Positions 12,250 to 26,143 are shown, counted from the stretch's first letter. The stretch: DNA of 64,000 nucleotides from Eledone cirrhosa (GCA_964016885.1 OZ024750.1:9424001-9488000); one strand, 5' to 3'. Numbers and translations: made by a program. Notes: generated from the letters alone by a model not told the origin.

Positions 12250-12590
12250 AGCCCACACTGTAAAGTGGTTGTGTAGGTGTCACAACAAAAAGCACCCAGT
12301 CCACACTGTAAAATGGTCATGTAGGCGTCATGACAAAAGCACCCAGTCCACACTGTAAAGTGGTTGTGTAGGTATCACGACAAAAAGTACCCAGCCCACA
12401 CTGTAAAGTGGTCATGTAGGCGTCACGACAAAAGCACCCAGTCCACACTGTAAAGTGGTTGTGTAGGTGTCATGACAAAAAGCACCCAGTACACACTGTA
12501 AAGTGGTTTTGTAGGTATCACGACAAAATGCACCCAGTACTCACTGTAAATGAGGTTGGCATTAGGAAGGGCATCCAGCTGTAGAAACAA
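12250..12590 (+). repeat. 47-48 bp minisatellite (about 6 copies) derived from the SINE/LINE tail module
   Basis: aagcacccagtccacactgtaaagtggttgtgtagg units ending in aggaagggcatccagctgtagaa. Confidence 0.85.
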
Positions 12591-13005
12591 ATTATCTCAC
12601 ATAATATTGAATCTAAAAGATGTTGATATTATTTATTTTGAGAACAATACCTTAACATAAGTATCAACAGCCAGTTATGACCGGTTTGATCAGAAATAGG
12701 GGAGAGAATTCAGGCTGGATGTGACCAGTTTAAATGCTAAAAGGTTAGTCTGATAAATCTAGGTAGACCTATGATCAAAAGACAATCTTGCCATGACCAT
12801 ACCATAATTTTGTCTTTTGAAATAGTGTATATTGAACAACATTTTTCAATTTTATGGTAGAGTGTGGTTTGAGGAAGATTTGGCTGTGATTTCTTGCAGA
12901 TCAAGTCAAGTCACCACCAATTGCATGATGTGATATGTTTTACTGTGATTGTTATTACGTTGTTGTTGTTTTTTTTCTGATGCTGTAGTTATTGTTACAT
13001 CTTAG

Positions 13006-13016
13006 GTTATAGACAG
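13006..13016 (+). CDS. Candidate 11-nt micro-exon (VID-S)
   Basis: T-rich tract, catcttag| and CAG|gtaatg; an alternative donor GAG|gtaaat lies near 13045. Confidence 0.3.
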
Positions 13017-13656
13017 GTAATGATGCAGATAATGTCCTTGTGAGGTAAATACATATATACATATACACCACGTCCAAACACAAAGGAATCAAACTCACAC
13101 TGTCACTGCCTCCGTGATTTGTTAGTTTGTTTCATAAATGTTTTGAAGTGTAAATATCTTTTACTTGGTAACAGGATAAAATGTCAAAACAAAAATCTGT
13201 ATTTTTTAGTATTGGGGCAGTAATGAAGCAGCTTCAATTTTAAGCTGCCATACTTCTGGGAATGTCTTCAAAGGGATAGAAAATAATAAGCAAAAATTAA
13301 CCAAAGAAAATATCAAATAAAACTGAAGACTTTTCATTTTACTTCAGGGAAATTAAAATTTCTTTTGTTTTCTATTTCCATCCTCTTAACAAGATATAAG
13401 ATATTGCTTGATTACTTTCTATGAAGGTGCTATAATAGATTCTTCTTTACTATCTTTGGAAAGATGTTTTAGTAATTCAGAAAAGATATTTGTGTGCCTG
13501 TTTTATGAGTACTTTTCAAATTAAAAGTCCCTTCCAAATTATTCAAACAAGAGGCAACCTTGAGGGATTGTGGTGTATTATACTTTTTGTTAAATAGACT
13601 AAAGCAAGTAGAAATACTACATGTCTCATATGTTTAGGTACTGTGGCTCACCAAGC

Positions 13657-13795
13657 TTCTTCTTCTTCGCTAATTTATTCCTGAGAGGGTCATGGGGGAA
13701 GTCTGCAAACACTCCTTCCAGTGGGTCCTGTCAGAAGTAACCATCTCCAATTGATCTGGCTGGATCCCCAAGCGAGACCAGGCAAGCTCATGGGC
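13657..13795 (-). mobile_element. RTE LINE 3' end (second RTE family) with (GAA)n tail
   Basis: Homologous to 32710-32916, 20755-20850 and 22685-22790, which encode an RTE C-terminus. Confidence 0.7.
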
Positions 13796-13799
13796 TAAT

Positions 13800-14399
13800 G
13801 GCTGTTGTGTCCTTGAGCAAGACACTTTATTTCACATTACTCCAGTTCACACAGCTGTAGAAATGAGTTGCAATGTCACTGCATCATTGGTGCCAAGCTG
13901 TATCAGCCATTGCCTTTCACTTGGATAGAATTGGAGGTGTGGAGAGGGGAGACTGGTATGCATGGGTAACTGCTGGTCTTCCACAAACAACCTTGCCTAG
14001 ACTTGTGCTTCAGAAGGAGAACATTCTAGGTACAAAACCATGGTCATGCATGACCAAAGGTGGTCTCTACCCTCTACCCTATGAATCGAAGACCCCCTTC
14101 AGTCACGTATGACTATGTGATTTGCACCTAGAAAGTTTCCCTCTGAGGCACAAGTCCAGCAGTCACCCATGCATACCAGCCTCCCCTGTCCATATCACTG
14201 ATGATGTCCAAGGGAAAGGATATGACCGATACAGCTTGGCACCAGTGATGTCACAACTCATTTCTATAGTTGAGTAAACTGGAGCAACGTGAAATAAAGT
14301 GTCTTGCTCAAGGACACAACGCATCACCCGGTCCAAGAATTGAACTCACAACCTTTCAATGGCAAGCCCAATGCTCTAACCACTAAGCCATGCGCCTTC
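13800..14399. mobile_element. Tail-to-tail pair of long-tail CORE SINEs (+ 13800-14075, - 14087-14399)
   Basis: Both carry the CORE block plus a ggtgccaagctgtatc tail; the minus copy is flanked by the TSD accctatgaat (14076-14086, 14400-14410). Confidence 0.8.
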
Positions 14400-15344
14400 A
14401 CCCTATGAATATAGGCTATATATATATACATATATATGAATAAATTAATTTATTAAAGAACATCAATACAAGCACTTCAAGAATTGGTTTCTTCTAAGAG
14501 AATCTTCTTCTTTCTGACAATGGAATCTGTAAAAGAAAAAGCAAGTTTCATATATTCAAAAACCTAAACTGCTGGCATCTTTACAAGACTACTGCAAGGT
14601 GCACATTTACGCAGCTGGACAGTGAACAAATAATAGCAGATAAGCAGACTGCCATGCAATCTCCTATTCACGATAAGACCAACAAATGATAAACAGAATG
14701 ATAAAAGAAATACCAAGAGAGAAGAAAGATATCACTCGACAAAAAGCATCCATCAATGTTTTGCACAGCTGGCTTTTGGAAGTATACAACATATATAAAC
14801 ATATAGAACATATATAAACATATAGAACATATATAAACGTATAAAACATATATAAACGTATAAAACATATATAAAAATATACAATATATATAGAAGTATA
14901 AAACATATAAATGTATAAACATATATAAAAGTATACAATATATAGAAGTATAAAAAATATATAAACACATAAACATATGGAACAACAAAGCTGTTAAAAT
15001 TTCTTCTAAAATATAGACAGAACTAGAAATCAGACATTACTTTACAGTCTGTTAATGGAATCTCATCTCTACTGAATATACAATGGTTTATGATTTAGGC
15101 ACAAGGCCAACAATTTTTTTTCTGTGGGGAGGGGGGGGGGTTGAATAAATCGACCCCAGTACATTACTGGTACTTTATTTTATCAACTCCGTAATGATGA
15201 AAGGCAAAACTAACCTCAGTGAGATTTGAACTCAGAACAACATAAAGGGATGTAACTATATGTTAACAACTCTGCCAATTTACTGCATTACAATACAATA
15301 CATTGGAATATAATTCAAAATATTACTATATATATATAAATAAT

Positions 15345-15383
<39 letters not shown>

Positions 15384-16319
15384 ATATATATATATAGGCA
15401 TTGAGAAACTTAAAAATAAGGAGTGGCACTCCAATCTAAACTTGTTTATAGAATTATTTCTGCTGTTGTCACTCTAAATATAAATTATAGCTTTAAAGAA
15501 TTAGCTTTTAAAGAATTCCCTTTTCTTTAAACCCATCAACGAATGACCTCCACCAATCCCCACCCTCTCCTACCAAGAGAAAAGATATAAATACCACCAT
15601 ATTTACTTGGGCAGTCAGCTTCCTGATGATTTCTCCTGAAAGAAACAGTTCTAGTCCTGTAGAAGCTTTTCTATAAGTATATATATAAGACCAATATATA
15701 TAGTTATATATCATCATTTTACGTCCACTTTTCCCTGCTTGCAGTCATATATATATATATCATCATCATCATCATCGTTTAACATCCATTTTCCACGCTA
15801 GCATGGGTCTGGACGGTATATATATAACAATACAAGACATTACAATACAAGTCAATATTACAATATATAACAATAGACAAGAAATGCACACAGTTCAGTA
15901 CAGTGCAATATTGTTGTTATTACAATTCAATACAGTTGATTACAATACAATATAATACACTACACTACATTACAATACAATACAGTAAGAAAGAAAAAAT
16001 ATGATAATGATGGTCAGTATTATCATCATCATCAGTTTTACATTGATTTTTCTATACTAGGATTGACTGGTTGGAAGGTATATAATCCAGAGTAACTTTA
16101 TAAATATCTTGAACTATTTTAACATAAATGAGAAGACAGTGTTGTCTCTGTTGTTTTATTATATGGTATACAATCTATAGTAACTTTATATATATCTAAC
16201 TATTATTTTAACATACAGTATATGATAAGACAGTGTGCTAGCTTTGTTGTTATATTATATAGTTGTATGGTATATAAGTTACAGTAACTTTATATATATA
16301 TATAAACATTATTTTAACA

Positions 16320-17137
16320 TGCACCCCACCCCCTACTCCATCCTCCCACTTCCATCCACAGTAAAGCGGTCGTGTAGGTGACACAACAAAAGGCACCCAA
16401 TCCTCACTGTAAAGTGGTCGTGTAGGTGACAAAACAAACGGCACCCAATCCTCACTGTAAAGTGGTCGTGTAGGTGACACAACAAAAGGCACCCAATCCT
16501 CACTGTAAAGTGGTCGTGTAGGAGACATGACAAAAGGCACCGAATCCACACTGTAAAGTGGTCATGTAGGAGACACAGTAAAAAGGCTCCCAATCCACTC
16601 AGTAAAGTGGTCGTTTAGGTGACACGACAAAAGGCACCCAATCCTCACTGTAAAGTGGTCGTGTAGGAGACACGACAAAAGGCACCCAATCCACACTGTA
16701 AAGTGGTCATGTAGGAGACTCGGTAAAAAGCTCCCAATCCACACAGTAAAGTGGTCATGTAGGAGACACGAGAAAAAGCACCCAATCCACACTGTAAAGT
16801 GGTCATGTAGGAAACACGACAAAAAGCACCCAATCCACACTGTAAAGTGGTCATGTAGGAGACACGACAAAAAGCACCCAATCCACACAGTAAAGTGGTC
16901 ATGTAGGAGACACGACAAAAAGCACCCAATCCTCACTGTAAAGTGGTCATGTAGGAGACTCGGCAAAAAGCTCCCAATCCACACTGTAAATGTGGTTGGT
17001 GTTAGGAAGATCAACCAGCTGTAGAAAACCTGCCAGAAACAGTTCTGTATGAGTGAGACATGTTGCCTCAAGTGGGACAAACCCGTCCAACCCATGCCAG
17101 CGTGGAAGATGGATGTTCAATGATGATGATGATGATA
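16320..17137 (+). mobile_element. RTE 3'UTR fragment containing a 48-bp unit amplified about 13x
   Basis: C-rich leader, cacccaatcctcactgtaaagtggtcgtgtagg units (period 48), then the RTE-type tail and (GAT)n. Confidence 0.85.
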
Positions 17138-18271
17138 AGATATTGTGTGTGTGTGTGCATGTCTTTGTGTGGACGTGTGTATGTGTGCGGATGTATTTGG
17201 CTGTATGCATGTGTGTGTATGTACATAGCTCTCTGTGTGTGTATGCATATGCATGTGTGCATAGCTATATACATATTTGTGGATGTGTGTGTATATATGT
17301 GTGTATATATGTGTGTATGGATGTGTATGTATAGCTGTATGCCTGTGTGTGTATATGTATATATGTGTATATGGATGTGTGTGTGTAGTTGTATGCTTGT
17401 GTGTGTATATGTATATATGTGTGTATGGATGTGAGTGTATATGTATATATGTGTGTATGGATGTGTGTGTATAGCTGTATGCTTGTGTGTGTATATGTAT
17501 ATATGTGTGTATGGATGTGAGTGTATATGTATATATGTGTGTATGGATGTGTGTGTATAGCTGTATGCTTGTGTGTGTATATGTATATATGTGTGTATGG
17601 ATGTGAGTGTATATGTATATATGTGTGTATGGATGTGTGTGTATAGCTGTATGCTTGTGTGTGTATATGTATATATGTGTGTATGGATGTATGTGTATAG
17701 CTGTATGCTTGTGTGTGTATATGTATATATGTGTGTGTATGGATGTATATGTATAGCTGTATGCTTGTGTGTGTATATGTGTGTATGGATGTATGTACAT
17801 GGCTGTATGCCTGTGTGTGTATATGTATATATGTGTGTATGGATGTATGTACATGGCTGTATGCCTGTGTGTGTATATGTATATATGTGTGTATGGATGT
17901 ATGTACATGGCTGTATGCCTGTGTGTGTATATGTATATATGTATATATGTGTGTATGGACATTATTTGATTCATGTCAATTACATTTTGCATTTAATTTT
18001 CTTGTCAAACACAGGAGACAAAGATATGGAATTTAATGAAGGCATATTTGTTTGGTTAAGAATTCTCTATGGAACTATTGGGGAAACGCCTTCTCCATAC
18101 TGTCTGTCGGGGCTGTGGGGAGGCCAGTACGTGGGACCCCATCTGCTCACTAACCAGAGAGATGGGGAGGGCAAGAGAGATGGAGGTGATGACAGTGGGA
18201 GTTCGGCTATTCCACATTCCGACCATATCCTTGTGGTTGTCTTCATTAAGCAGTTAATGAGTCTGTTTATA

Positions 18272-18523
18272 ATAATAATAATGATAATAATGAAATTATT
18301 GTGTACAGTGCTAAGGTGCACTACAACTCATCAAAGGTACAGGTATAGTACATAGAATAATATACAAATGTCAGGGAAGTGAATAATGCATCCTTTAAAA
18401 CCTCCATGCTTCCTGAAATTCGCCAACACTACACCTCATATCGCCCCTTCACACATGTATATCATGACTCATACACTGTTCACTTGATGAGTTGTAGTGC
18501 ACCTGAGCACTGTACACAATAAT
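18272..18523. mobile_element. CR1/L2-like LINE 3' end present as an inverted plus a direct piece
   Basis: Homologous to 60535-60780 (+) and 5357-5525 (-); terminal stem-loop gtagtgcacctgagcactgtac in both orientations. Confidence 0.65.
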
Positions 18524-18709
18524 TGCGGTGGATTGGCAGTATCGGTAGAGGGTCGGACGTCATGCTTTGACGCGTAGAGTTATGGCCCTTTCCATTCTGA
18601 GTTCAAATCCCGCCGAGGTCAACTTTGCCTTTCATCCTTACGGGGTCGATAAAATAAAGTACCAGTAATACACTGGGTAATTGCTGGCCTTGTGCCAAAA
18701 GTAGAAACA

Positions 18710-18746
<37 letters not shown>
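18524..18746 (+). mobile_element. OK-like SINE (family B) with (TTA)n tail
   Basis: Near-full match to 2448-2638. Confidence 0.85.
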
Positions 18747-18750
<4 letters not shown>

Positions 18751-18939
18751 CTTGCATACAAAAACAGTGAGTGGAATCAACCATCTTTTGTAAATAAGGT
18801 TTATTTCATTAGAAATATGTTCATGAAAGGGTTAACCAGCTTACTGAGTGAGAATATACTTGAGCATACAAAAACAGTGAGTGGAATCAACCATCTTTTG
18901 TATATATGGTTGGTTTCCAGTTGTACAGTGCAGATAAGA

Positions 18940-19236
18940 TAATAAACAACTAGAAACGCTATTGGAGACTGTGTATGGATTTACCAAAAGAATTGATTTA
19001 AGATTCAGATTATAAAAATGCACCAAAACAACCTTAAAGAGAGGGAAATTAATTAAGAAGACTGAACACATTAGAAACAGACATAAGACAATTGCTCCAA
19101 ATATAGGCTTCGAAATATTTAGGAATCATTGAACTAGACAGAATATAACACATATATACATATACATTCAGACTCATATAGACACACACACACATATACA
19201 CATACATATACATACACACTCATATACATTCACACT

Positions 19237-19267
<31 letters not shown>

Positions 19268-20352
19268 GTATACACATACATATATACATATACATTCTCA
19301 TATACGTTCAGACTCATATAGACACACACATATACATATACATACACATACACACTCATATACATTCACACTCATACAGACACACACACACATATATACA
19401 CAGACGTGCACATATACATTCTTATATATATGTTCACAAGCATTACAGACACACACACACATATATATAGACACACACACACATATATACGCAGACATAC
19501 ACACAGACATATGCACTGTCACACACATATACACAGACACACACATACACACTTTCATATACATTCACACTCATACGGACACATACACACACATATATAT
19601 ACAGACATATACACAAACACACACACACATGTACACACACAACATACACACATACACAGACATAAGCATTCACACAAGTACACAAACACACGCTCTCACA
19701 CACACATTCACACACATGCTCACACACACAGACAGATATTCACACACATATTCATACAAACACACACACACTCTCCCCCCCTCTCTCTTTCTCACACACA
19801 CACACATTCACATACACACACATTCACACAAACACACATTAACATTCACACACACACAAACACACACACAAACACACACACATTCACACTTACACACACA
19901 TTAACATACACACACTCACACACACAAACTCTCTCTTTCTCTCTCTCTCTCTCTTACACACACATACATTCACATACACACACATTCACACAAACATACA
20001 TTAACATTCACACACACACAAACACACACACATTCACGCTTACACACACATTAACATACACACACTCACACACGCACACACTTTCACTCATACACACAAA
20101 CAAATGATAGAACATTTGAAAAAGAATATATTTTAGAATGTGAAGTTGGCTTTAAAAAGCAAATCAACTTGAAAGAAAAACACAAGATTATGGCAAGAAA
20201 CATGTTTTGATGATAAGCTGGGATTATCAAACGGAGCAAAGAAGAGATTAGCAAGGTGAAAGATAAAATATAAAAGACAACGACCATATATGGTAAACGG
20301 CATCAGTGATGTCAATAGAATTTATCTCCCACTAGCTAGACTTGGAAATGGT
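18940..20352 (+). mobile_element. Degenerate R4/Dong-clade RT remnant split by a CA-rich microsatellite of about 960 bp
   Basis: LETVYGFTKRIDLRFRL*KCTKTTLKRGKL...KYLGIIE before 19140; SDVNRIYLPLARLGNGL at about 20305-20355. Confidence 0.55.
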
Positions 20353-20528
20353 TTAACCCTTTAGCATTTAAACCAGCCGTATCCGACCGCTCATACTGAT
20401 GTTATGGTATTTTTCTCGAAGAAGATAACATGAAAATCTCATAAATTTGATATTATGTGAGATAATTATGTGAGATAAAACGTTTACCACAAAAATACAA
20501 TAGTATATAGAGTAATGTAAAGGGTTAA
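20353..20528. mobile_element. piggyBac-like MITE (internally deleted)
   Basis: ttaaccctttagcattta ... aaagggttaa. Confidence 0.8.
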
Positions 20529-20559
20529 TAAACAGTGGGATAGTATCAAATGTGAAGAA

Positions 20560-21430
20560 AAGTCGATTAAGTTGATTAAATTGATCCCAGTCTTTGACTG
20601 GTACTTTGTTTTATTGACCTTGTAAGGATTAAAGGCAAAGCTAACCTTGGCAGGATTTGAACACAGGCTGTAAAGGGGCGTAACTCCATGCTGAAAAGCA
20701 TGTTGTCTGATGATTTACTGATTCTATTGCCCATCTGCCACCCTTACCACCATTAATATGGACAAATTTACAGGCAAAACCAGCCGGCAGAAGACTCAGG
20801 GTAGACCCCCAAGCAAGATGATTGAATAATATCCATGAGTTTGGCTGGTCTCTTTATTTTATCAACCCTGTAAGGACGAAAATCAAAGCTAACCATGGCG
20901 GGATTTGAACTCAGAATTTAAAGGGACATAACCATATGCTGTAATGATTTCTGTGTTAGGCGCAAGGCCAACAATTTTTGGTGGGAGGGGAAAGGTGATT
21001 AGATCTACCTCAGGATTTGAACTCAGAACATAAAAGGACGTAACTATATGCCACAAAGCATGTTGTCTGACTCTCTACCGGTATTGCCAATTCATCAACC
21101 CTCCTTATTAAAAGTAATAATGGTTTCTGATTTAGGCAGAATTTCAACAATTTGGGGGGAGAGGGAAGTTGATATAATCGACCCAAGTGTATTACTGGTA
21201 CTTTATTTCATCGACCCCGCAAGTATGAAAGGCAAAGTTAACGTTGGCAGGATTTGAACTCAGAACATAAAAGAATGCAACTCTATGCCAGAAAGTATGG
21301 TGTCTGATGCTCGCACGGTACAAACATTTCCAACTAGTGACAAGGCCTGTACTTGAGTAGTATTTTATTTTATTGGCCCCTGGAGGATGAAAAACAAAAG
21401 TTGGCCTTGGTAAGATTTGAACCCAGAAGA
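20560..21430 (-). mobile_element. Cluster of about 5 diverged family B SINE copies plus an RTE fragment
   Basis: Repeated ctggtactttattt..gacc..gtaaggatgaaaggcaaag..ggatttgaactcag blocks. Confidence 0.75.
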
Positions 21431-21737
21431 GAGAAAACTGGGGAAATGCCACAAGGCTCTCAATAATAGTAACAGCAGCAGCAGCTTCCCAAAATTAAAA
21501 TGACAAAAAAAGTATTAGGCATGGTACCATTTTCATTGTTATCAACATTCATCATCATCTTCCACCCCCTCCTCCTCCACTCCTTCACTCCTCCACCTCA
21601 TCACCATAATCATCATCATCATCATTAGTTCCAAAAGATTTATTGTCAGTTCCAGTTGACTTAGGAGTTGCTATTCAATTTTGCTATTTTTAAATTGATT
21701 TTTAAAAACAAACTGCCCTCCACCTTATGTTCTTCAG

Positions 21738-21747
21738 TATTTCATGT
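21738..21747 (+). CDS. Candidate 10-nt micro-exon (S-ISC)
   Basis: ccttatgttcttcag| and TGT|gtgagt. Confidence 0.35.
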
Positions 21748-21981
21748 GTGAGTGCTAACTTCTAAGATGTGGTCTTATCAAATTGACTGAGGCCTACGTG
21801 ATTTCTGTCTCAACTGTCAAATTAAAGTAACAATGTGATTAAAGAGACTCAACAGAGGCCATGTGGAAGAACAATTCCCAAAGCTATTCCTAATGGATGC
21901 TTGACAAAATAAAAAGGTTGTAGGATAAATTCCTTGAAGCAACTTTACTGGATTAATGTTTAGAAATTGTTTTAAACATAA

Positions 21982-22357
21982 GGTAGCTAAGTGGTTAATA
22001 TGTTGGATTAGAGAGTTAGAGATGGTGGCTAAGTGGTTAATATGTTGGATTAGAGAGTTAGAGATGGTGGCTAAGTGGTTAATATGTTGGATTAGAGAGT
22101 TAGAGATGGTGGCTGAGTGGTTAATATGTTGGATTAGAGAGTTAGAGATGGTGGCTAAGTGGTTAATATGTTGGATTAGAGAGTTAGAGATGGTGGCTAA
22201 GTGGTTAATATGTTGGATTAGAGAGTCAGAGATGGTGGCTGAGTGGTTAATATCCTGGATTAGAGAGTTAGAGATGGTGGCTGAGTGGTTAATATCTTGG
22301 ATTAGAGAGTCAGAGATGGTGGCTGAGTGGTTAATATGTTGGATTAGAGAGTCATAG
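21982..22357. repeat. 42-bp minisatellite x9 (ggtggctaagtggttaatatgttggattagagagttagagat)
   Basis: Period 42, matching the 14-aa repeat in ORF 21956..22357. Confidence 0.95.
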
Positions 22358-22377
22358 ATAGTTATATAATCAGTAAT

Positions 22378-22606
22378 TTAACCCTTTAGCATTTAGACCG
22401 GCCATATCAGGCCAGAATTCTCTCACCTCTTTCTGTTCAAACTGGTCGTAACTGGCTCCTCATACTGACATAAAGGTATTGTTCTCAAAATAAATAACAT
22501 CAAAATCTCGTAGATTCGATATTATGTGAGATAATTACGTGAGGTAAAGCCTTTACTGTGAAAATATAATAGTATATATAGAGTAATGTAAATGTTATAG
22601 GGTTAA
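22378..22606. mobile_element. piggyBac-like MITE
   Basis: ttaaccctttagcattta ... atagggttaa. Confidence 0.85.
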
Positions 22607-23199
22607 TGTGTGTTTTAAAACAAGAAATTCTGATATCAATTTTGTCAAAAATATACACAACTTCTAACCACAGCCACATAGAATCGCTGGACAAATTTTA
22701 GAGGCAAAACCAGCCGACAGACGACTCAAGGGTAGACCCCAAGCAAGATGATTTGATAACATCCACGCGTTTGGCTGGTCTCGCTTGGGGGAGGAGAAAG
22801 TCGATTAGATCAACCCCAGTGTGTTACTGGTACTTTATTTTATCGACCCTGTAAGGATGAAAGGTAAAGCTAACCTCAGTGGGAATTGAACACAGACCAT
22901 AAAGGGCCGTAACTCTATGCTGAAAAGCATGTTGTCTGATGCTCTACTGATTCTACTGCCAATCCACCACCCTTACTGCCATTAATATAATAAAGATAGT
23001 AATTTTGAAAGCTTCAGTCATGTAGTTAGATATTGATTTAATATAACCAAGAAGAGACATAAACTTTCTGTCTCTTATACAATTGAGAGTTACCTTATCT
23101 GAAGATTTCATTCAACATTTAACTGTGAGTAACAATGTAAAATACAATGAGACTCAGCAAAGCTTATTAGCTCATATGAATGACTTCTTCTGTTATCAG

Positions 23200-23216
23200 G
23201 AGAGAAAGTGTTATAA
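23200..23216 (+). CDS. Candidate 17-nt micro-exon (ERKCY-N)
   Basis: cttcttctgttatcag| and TAA|gtgagt; with the 10-nt exon it adds 27 nt and keeps the frame. Confidence 0.35.
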
Positions 23217-24041
23217 GTGAGTCTTGTCTTCCTTTTATATTAGAATAATTAATTTAATCAATTGTGTGAGTTCGTTCATTTCTAGAATAATTACAAATTC
23301 TTTCAATTTAATAACAAAGAATTTTCTGGTTTGATCTGTGTAGCTTATCATAATTGATATTCACAATGTCTTTGCCTTAAAACCTTTGCAATCACACACT
23401 CCATAGAGTCTTCTTTTGAGGCAACGCTATATCGCTAGATGCCCTTCTTGGTGCCAACTCTTTTAGCTGTCTCTTATGACATGCAGAGGATAATGGAAAT
23501 AATGCTAATGAAGTTGGGAATAAAATGGAATGAGATAGCAGGGTGATCTATTGAGGAAGGTTAATGGTTCCTAGGTGAGAGAACTGATTAAAATGAGAGT
23601 GGAAGGAAGTAGAAGAAATGAAGGACTAAAAATTAACATGGCTAAAGATAATGGATGAGGAAATAGTAAGGAGGAATGCAGATGATAAAGTAGAAAGGAA
23701 AAACTTAACATGTGGCTTGCAAGGTTGACTTCTAATTATATTTTAATGCCTCTTTATTTTAACTGTTTTACATAAACACATTATGTCAACTATATTTTAC
23801 AAAATGAAGTTATACAATGATAGAAATATTTGAAAAAAAATTAAAAAGAAAATTAAGTAATGAAAAAAGGGGAGAAGGGGAAAAGAAGGGCAGATCTGGC
23901 TGGATAGGAAAGTAAGGGAAAGGACTATAAATGCCATAAATGAAAGAATTTAGAAAGTAAATTAGCTTAAAACATCTGTTTTACTATAAAACAGTCTGAT
24001 ATTTCAGCTCAAAATGATTCTCATTAAAGGTGAAAAGTGCA

Positions 24042-24113
24042 GGTGAAACATGTTAGTTTGGTGAAACATGTTAGTTTGGTGAAACATGTTAGTTTGGTGA
24101 AACATGTTAGTTT
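24042..24113. repeat. 18-bp tandem repeat x4 (ggtgaaacatgttagttt)
   Basis: Seen directly. Confidence 0.9.
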
Positions 24114-24374
24114 ATCAGAGTGCCATGCCAAATAAATTACCTTCAGTTTATGTGATCAATAATGTTCAGTAATGTTAATTATGATATTACAAATTTATAA
24201 ACTTAACACTTATAATCGATTATAAGGTACAAAAGGAAACTAAAAAAGAGCTTCCATAGTATAATCAGATTGGATGGTCATATTCTCCTCACAAAATAAT
24301 AAAATAACTCAAATGAAACTAATTGGAAACCAAATAATTAAATGTCTAACACAACCCTTCTGGGGCTAAGGAGC

Positions 24375-24603
24375 TTAACCCTTTAGCATTTAAACCGGCC
24401 ATATCCGACCAGAATTCTCTCACATTTTTCTGTTCAAACTGGCTGTAACTGGCCACTCATACTGATGTTAAGGAGTTGTTCTCAAAATAGATAACATCGA
24501 AATCTCATAGATTTGATAGTATGTGAGATAATTATATAAGATAAAGCCTTTACCACAAAAACAGAATAGTATATATAGAGTAATGTAAATGCTAAAGGGT
24601 TAA
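24375..24603. mobile_element. piggyBac-like MITE, best-preserved copy
   Basis: Perfect TIR ccctttagcattta / taaatgctaaaggg with TTAA on both sides. Confidence 0.9.
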
Positions 24604-25210
24604 GCCCCTCCGATAATATGGAAACTTGTTGAATGATCTTAAAGTTTTGTTAGTTAAATAAGTAATAAATAAGTAATAAATAGAAATAACCACAATAGAT
24701 AGTGAGGCATTGCTATACCATCAAAGATGTGTGATCATGCTTTTAATTTCTTTCTTAATCTCATATTGGTGATTAAAAAAAGTGTGAGTTAATAATGATA
24801 ATAATAATTGTTTCTACTTTTGGCACAAGGCTAGCAATATCCCAGTTCATTACTGGTTCTTTATTTTATCGACCCTATAAGGATGAAAAGCAAAGTTAAC
24901 CTCGGTGGGATTTGAACTCAGACCGTAACTCTATGCTGCAAAGCATGGTGTCCGACTTTACAGATACTGCCAATCAATCGCCTATAATAATGATAATAAT
25001 TATTTCTACTTTAGGCTTAGCTTTACCTTTCATCCTTACGGAGTCGATAAAATAAAGTACCAGTAATGCACTGGGGTCGATTTAATCAACTTTCCCCTCC
25101 CCCAAAATTACTGACCTTGTCCTTAAATCAGAAACCATCATATTTTTTTTACACATGTTACATTCAAATTTGATTCAACACTAAATGGTTTCTTCTTATT
25201 ATTTTTACAG

Positions 25211-25250
25211 TAATTATAATCCAACATGGCGAGTTTTCTCTAAATACCAG
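25211..25250 (+). CDS. Candidate 40-nt exon (NYNPTWRVFSKYQ)
   Basis: Strong acceptor ttcttcttattatttttacag| and donor CAG|gtaaat in unique sequence; two frames are open. Confidence 0.55.
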
Positions 25251-25537
25251 GTAAATAATATTTTTTTATTTTTATTTCATTATTTTCAGTAACTTTGGTG
25301 TTTGAAATATTTAATCATTATTTATTTAATATTTGCAACATGTTGCTAGATAGTATATAACAACTTATTGATCTCATATATTTTATTTGTATATTTAATT
25401 CTTGAAATACAGTGCTATTATTATTAATATTATTGTTATTTCATGTATTTCTGTTCTGATATCTCCTGTGCATTTTTCTTCTTTGTTTCCACGTGTCTAT
25501 ATTAAAAATTTTGATTCCACAAATAAAATATTTTATT

Positions 25538-25745
25538 TTATTTATTGAAATATTGAGGTAGGGTTTTGTTTTATTTATTAAAATATTGAGGTAGGGTTTT
25601 GTTTTATTTATTGAAATATTGAGGTAGGGTTTTGTTTTATTTATTGAAATATTGAGGTAGGGTTTTGTTTTATTTATTGAAATATTGAGGTAGGGTTTTG
25701 TTTTATTTATTGAAATATTGAGGTAGGGATTTTATTTTATTTATC
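25538..25745. repeat. 33-bp tandem repeat, about 6 copies (ttttatttattgaaatattgaggtagggttttg)
   Basis: tattgagg recurs at 25551, 25584, 25617 and onward. Confidence 0.9.
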
Positions 25746-26021
25746 TAATTACCTAATGAGATACTGAGGTAGGAACATACCAGATTTATTAACTCCCGAG
25801 GTGAAGAACTAAAAGTCATTTCTTTCTTACTCTTGTGAATCTCAGCAAAATGGCCAGCAATTACCAAGTGCATTACTGGTATTTTATTTTATCACATTAA
25901 GGATAATAATGCTCATGAAAATAAAGAATTAACGAAACTAGAAAATGAAGGAATTGGTGACACTGCTGGCTATAGAAAGTGTCGCCTCCGCCAGTTGGCT
26001 GAAACAAGTAAAAGAGTATAT

Positions 26022-26143
<122 letters not shown>

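Noticed and set aside
19406-20107. 233-aa His/Thr-rich ORF (also 17117..17992)
   Set aside because: Translation of (CA)n-type microsatellite
21956-22357. 133-aa ORF with MVAKWLICWIRELE repeats
   Set aside because: Exact 42-bp nucleotide tandem repeat with no synonymous variation pattern or splice support
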